This document shows positions 61,936-64,000 of a stretch of 64,000 bases of DNA, one piece after another; position 1 is the stretch's first letter, and every line of letters begins with the position of its first letter. The stretch is taken from the NCBI GenBank assembly GCA_963751065.1, contig CAVVTD010000008.1:4764-68763 (forward strand), in the 5' to 3' direction. Made by a program: the position numbers and the translations under genes. Source of the stretch: an uncultured Actinomycetes bacterium. GTDB taxonomy: Bacteria > Actinomycetota > Thermoleophilia > Solirubrobacterales > Solirubrobacteraceae. Below the pieces are notes generated by a model. That model was not told where the DNA came from, searched no databases, and saw only the letters and a list, made by a program, of their open reading frames with translations.

Positions 61936-62873
61936 CAGCGCAGAGCGCGCCGCGCCAGCGTGCTGCGCAGCACCGACCCGGCGAGCTTTACGCCGAGCGC
62001 GACGTAGACGAGCCCGTCCAGCGCGGGGTGCGAGCCGGCGTGGAACTTGCGGTAGTAGCGGCCCATGGCACGGTGAAACGCGAGGTTCGTTCGCAGCCCG
62101 CGATGGCGTCGCCGGCCGCAGTCGACGGCGGACAGCGCGCCCTTGACGTGCAGCACGGTGATGCCGCCGTCGTACAGCACCCGCCAGCCGGCGAGCTTGA
62201 AGCGCCGGCACCAGTCGAGGTCCTCGCCGTACATCCGGTAGCCCTCGTCGAGCAGCCCGACCTGCTCGAGCGCCGCGCGCCGGACGAGCATGAAGGCGCC
62301 GTTGACCGCATCGACCTCGCCGACGGCGTGCTCGGCGACGGCCGGCGCGCGGTACTGCGCGTGGCGCCCGCGCCGGGCGAGCCCGGTGAACTCCGTCAGC
62401 GCGCCCAGCAGCGTCGGGAACGCCCGCTTGGCAGCGTGGTCGAAGCTGCCGTCGGCTCGCACGAGCCGGACGCCGACCACGGCCGCGCCGGGATCTCGCC
62501 GCAGGCGCTCCTGCGCACGATCCAGCGCGCCCGCCGCCAGCTCGGTATCGGGATTGAGCAGCAGCACGTGCGGCGCGGTCGTCCGGCGCAGGGCAAGGTT
62601 GTTGGCGGCGCAGTAGCCCGAGTTGAACGACTGGGCGACGAGCCGCACCCACGGAAAGTCGCGTGCGACCATCGCCGCCGTCCCGTCGGCGCTCGCGTTG
62701 TCGACGACCCAGGTACGCGGGCGCCCGCCTCGTGCGGGATGGCTTTCGAGCGAGCGCAGGCAGGCGCGCAGCAGGTCGCGACCGCCGGTCGCCGAGACGA
62801 TGACGACCTCGGGCGGCTCGATCGGGTCGTCCGCGCGGGTGTGTCGCGAGTCGCCGGCGAGGACCGTCGTCAT
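61935..62873 (-). CDS. glycosyltransferase family 2
   Basis: Blocks seen: VVIVSATGG, VDNASADGT, LLLNPDT, DEGYRMYGEDLDWCRR. Confidence 0.85.
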   Translation of the reverse strand: MTTVLAGDSRHTRADDPIEPPEVVIVSATGGRDLLRACLRSLESHPARGGRPRTWVVDNASADGTAAMVARDFPWVRLVAQSFNSGYCAANNLALRRTTAPHVLLLNPDTELAAGALDRAQERLRRDPGAAVVGVRLVRADGSFDHAAKRAFPTLLGALTEFTGLARRGRHAQYRAPAVAEHAVGEVDAVNGAFMLVRRAALEQVGLLDEGYRMYGEDLDWCRRFKLAGWRVLYDGGITVLHVKGALSAVDCGRRRHRGLRTNLAFHRAMGRYYRKFHAGSHPALDGLVYVALGVKLAGSVLRSTLARRALR

Positions 62874-63478
62874 GCCGCCACCGGTCGCGTCCGCCGCCGG
62901 TCGCCGACGATCCGCGCCGGGTTGCCGGCGACGATCGCATAGTCCGGCACCGGCTCGATCACGACGCTGCCCGCGCCGACGACGCAGTGATCGCCGACGT
63001 GGGCGAGGATCGTCGCACCGCCGCCGATGAAGCAGTCGTCGCCGACGCGGATCTGCTCGACGATCCCGCCCTGCGCGTTGACCGGCATGTCGATGCGCCC
63101 GAAGTGGTGCTGGCGGCGGCCGTCCATGATCAGGACGTGGTCGCTGACGAGGCAGTCCTCGCCGATGCTCGCGTGCTGGACGTGGGTGTAGTGCCCGAGC
63201 ATCGTCATGCGGCCGATGCTCAAGGGCGGACGCTCGAGCACGCAGCCGAAACGCAGCACGGCGTGGTCGCCGACCGGCGTACCGAGGCGACGATGCAGCG
63301 CGGCGCGCATGCGCTCGCCGCGGATGCCGGGCCAGCGCGAGGCGCGTTCGCTGAGCTCGAGGTAGGCGCGCTCACGCCCCACGAGCCGGCGGCGCGCGAC
63401 ATGGCTCAGGGCGAGCGGCGCGACGAACAGCGTCGCGCAGCCGTCGAATACGCGCTTGGCGAGGGAGCGGTCGGCCAT
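62870..63478 (-). CDS. hexapeptide-repeat (LbH) acetyltransferase
   Basis: Left-handed beta-helix repeats (IGEDCLVSDHVLI, VGDDCFIGGGATILAHVGDHCVVGAGSVV). ATGA overlap with the downstream GT2 start. Confidence 0.8.
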   Translation of the reverse strand: MADRSLAKRVFDGCATLFVAPLALSHVARRRLVGRERAYLELSERASRWPGIRGERMRAALHRRLGTPVGDHAVLRFGCVLERPPLSIGRMTMLGHYTHVQHASIGEDCLVSDHVLIMDGRRQHHFGRIDMPVNAQGGIVEQIRVGDDCFIGGGATILAHVGDHCVVGAGSVVIEPVPDYAIVAGNPARIVGDRRRTRPVAA

Positions 63479-63610
63479 CGACGTGCGACGCTACGGCGCG
63501 ACCCGCGCGGCGTCTGAGCCCGATGCGGAAGGTGGAGATGACCGCGCAGGAACAGCACGAAAGCGCTGCACGCACGCGCGGGCGGGTCGCTCGCGCGTAG
63601 CGTCGGCGGC

Positions 63611-64000
63611 GTGACCTCCACGAGCGCACCGGCCGTGCCGGCGAACGCCGCCGGCCACGCCGGCGCGAGCCTGCTTCACCGTTGCTACGTGGCCTACGCC
63701 GGCCGTCACCCCCGTCTGCGCCCGTGGCATCACCAGTGGCTGGCGGGCACGCCCCTGTACGCGGTGCTGCGACCGCTGCTGTCGACGCTGCACGGCGACG
63801 TGCTCGACGTCGGCTGCGGCGCCAAGCCCTATCGCGACTGGGTCCCGGGGGCGCGCCGGTACGTCGGGATCGACGTCTTCGACGGAGACGATGTGGACCG
63901 CCTGATCGTTCCCGGCGAACGCTGGCCGGTCGATGACGGCGAGTTCGACGCCGTGCTCTGCACGCAGGTGCTCGAGCACGTCGCCGACCTGCACGACACC
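63611..64000 (+). CDS. class I SAM-dependent methyltransferase, 3' end cut by window edge
   Basis: My own translation from GTG 63611 gives ...LHGDVLDVGCGAKPYRDW...FDAVLCTQVLEHVADL. The frame is open to the end of the window, so it is absent from the ORF track. Confidence 0.6.
   Translation, partial: MTSTSAPAVPANAAGHAGASLLHRCYVAYAGRHPRLRPWHHQWLAGTPLYAVLRPLLSTLHGDVLDVGCGAKPYRDWVPGARRYVGIDVFDGDDVDRLIVPGERWPVDDGEFDAVLCTQVLEHVADLHDT

Overview
Very GC-rich chromosomal segment; third codon positions are almost all G/C, and GC was not computed. Gene content looks like a deep-branching, high-GC Actinobacteria-type organism, possibly Thermoleophilia or Rubrobacteria-like, but I cannot confirm this without a search. 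I support about 60 protein genes and one tRNA-Gly(CCC). I saw no rRNA, CRISPR array, transposase or integrase. The many long Arg/Ala/Pro-rich ORFs in the track are off-frame or antisense GC artefacts.

Layout:
- 2-5541: tightly overlapping small-molecule operon. It holds a helical protein, a SAM methyltransferase, an aminotransferase-like domain running in frame into an Orn/DAP-type decarboxylase, a CoADR/NADH-oxidase-type flavoprotein and a small basic protein.
- 5.7-15 kb: mostly housekeeping genes. These are two small enzymes, tgt, a metallophosphoesterase-lipoprotein-Ser/Thr kinase operon, an M48 peptidase, DUF3467, rlmH and argS.
- 14.7-20.5 kb: System I cytochrome c maturation genes split around the tRNA (ccmH plus a TlpA/CcmG-like gene, then ccmE-ccmF). 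The CcmE is a Cys-type variant. secG follows.
- 20.5-25.6 kb: an 835-aa secreted protein and a stand-alone form-I-type coxL.
- 25.6-32.6 kb: ROK regulator with an oxidoreductase, isomerase and sugar ABC importer operon.
- 32.7-41.9 kb, minus strand: tldD-pmbA followed by a translationally coupled trio. The trio is an alpha/beta hydrolase, a caspase-like C14 peptidase and a 1240-aa membrane protein ending in a GMC oxidoreductase. This is my best candidate for an undescribed system.
- 41.9-47.5 kb: assorted genes (BNR lipoprotein, Fe-ADH-like enzyme, LysR regulator, hypotheticals).
- 47.6-64 kb: Wzx/Wzy-type polysaccharide locus with five methyltransferases and two acyl/acetyltransferases.

Five conserved genes or gene segments carry apparent +1 frame breaks, so assembly quality is a caveat. 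All homology calls rest on motifs read by eye from the supplied translations. Many start codons are uncertain by tens of nucleotides.
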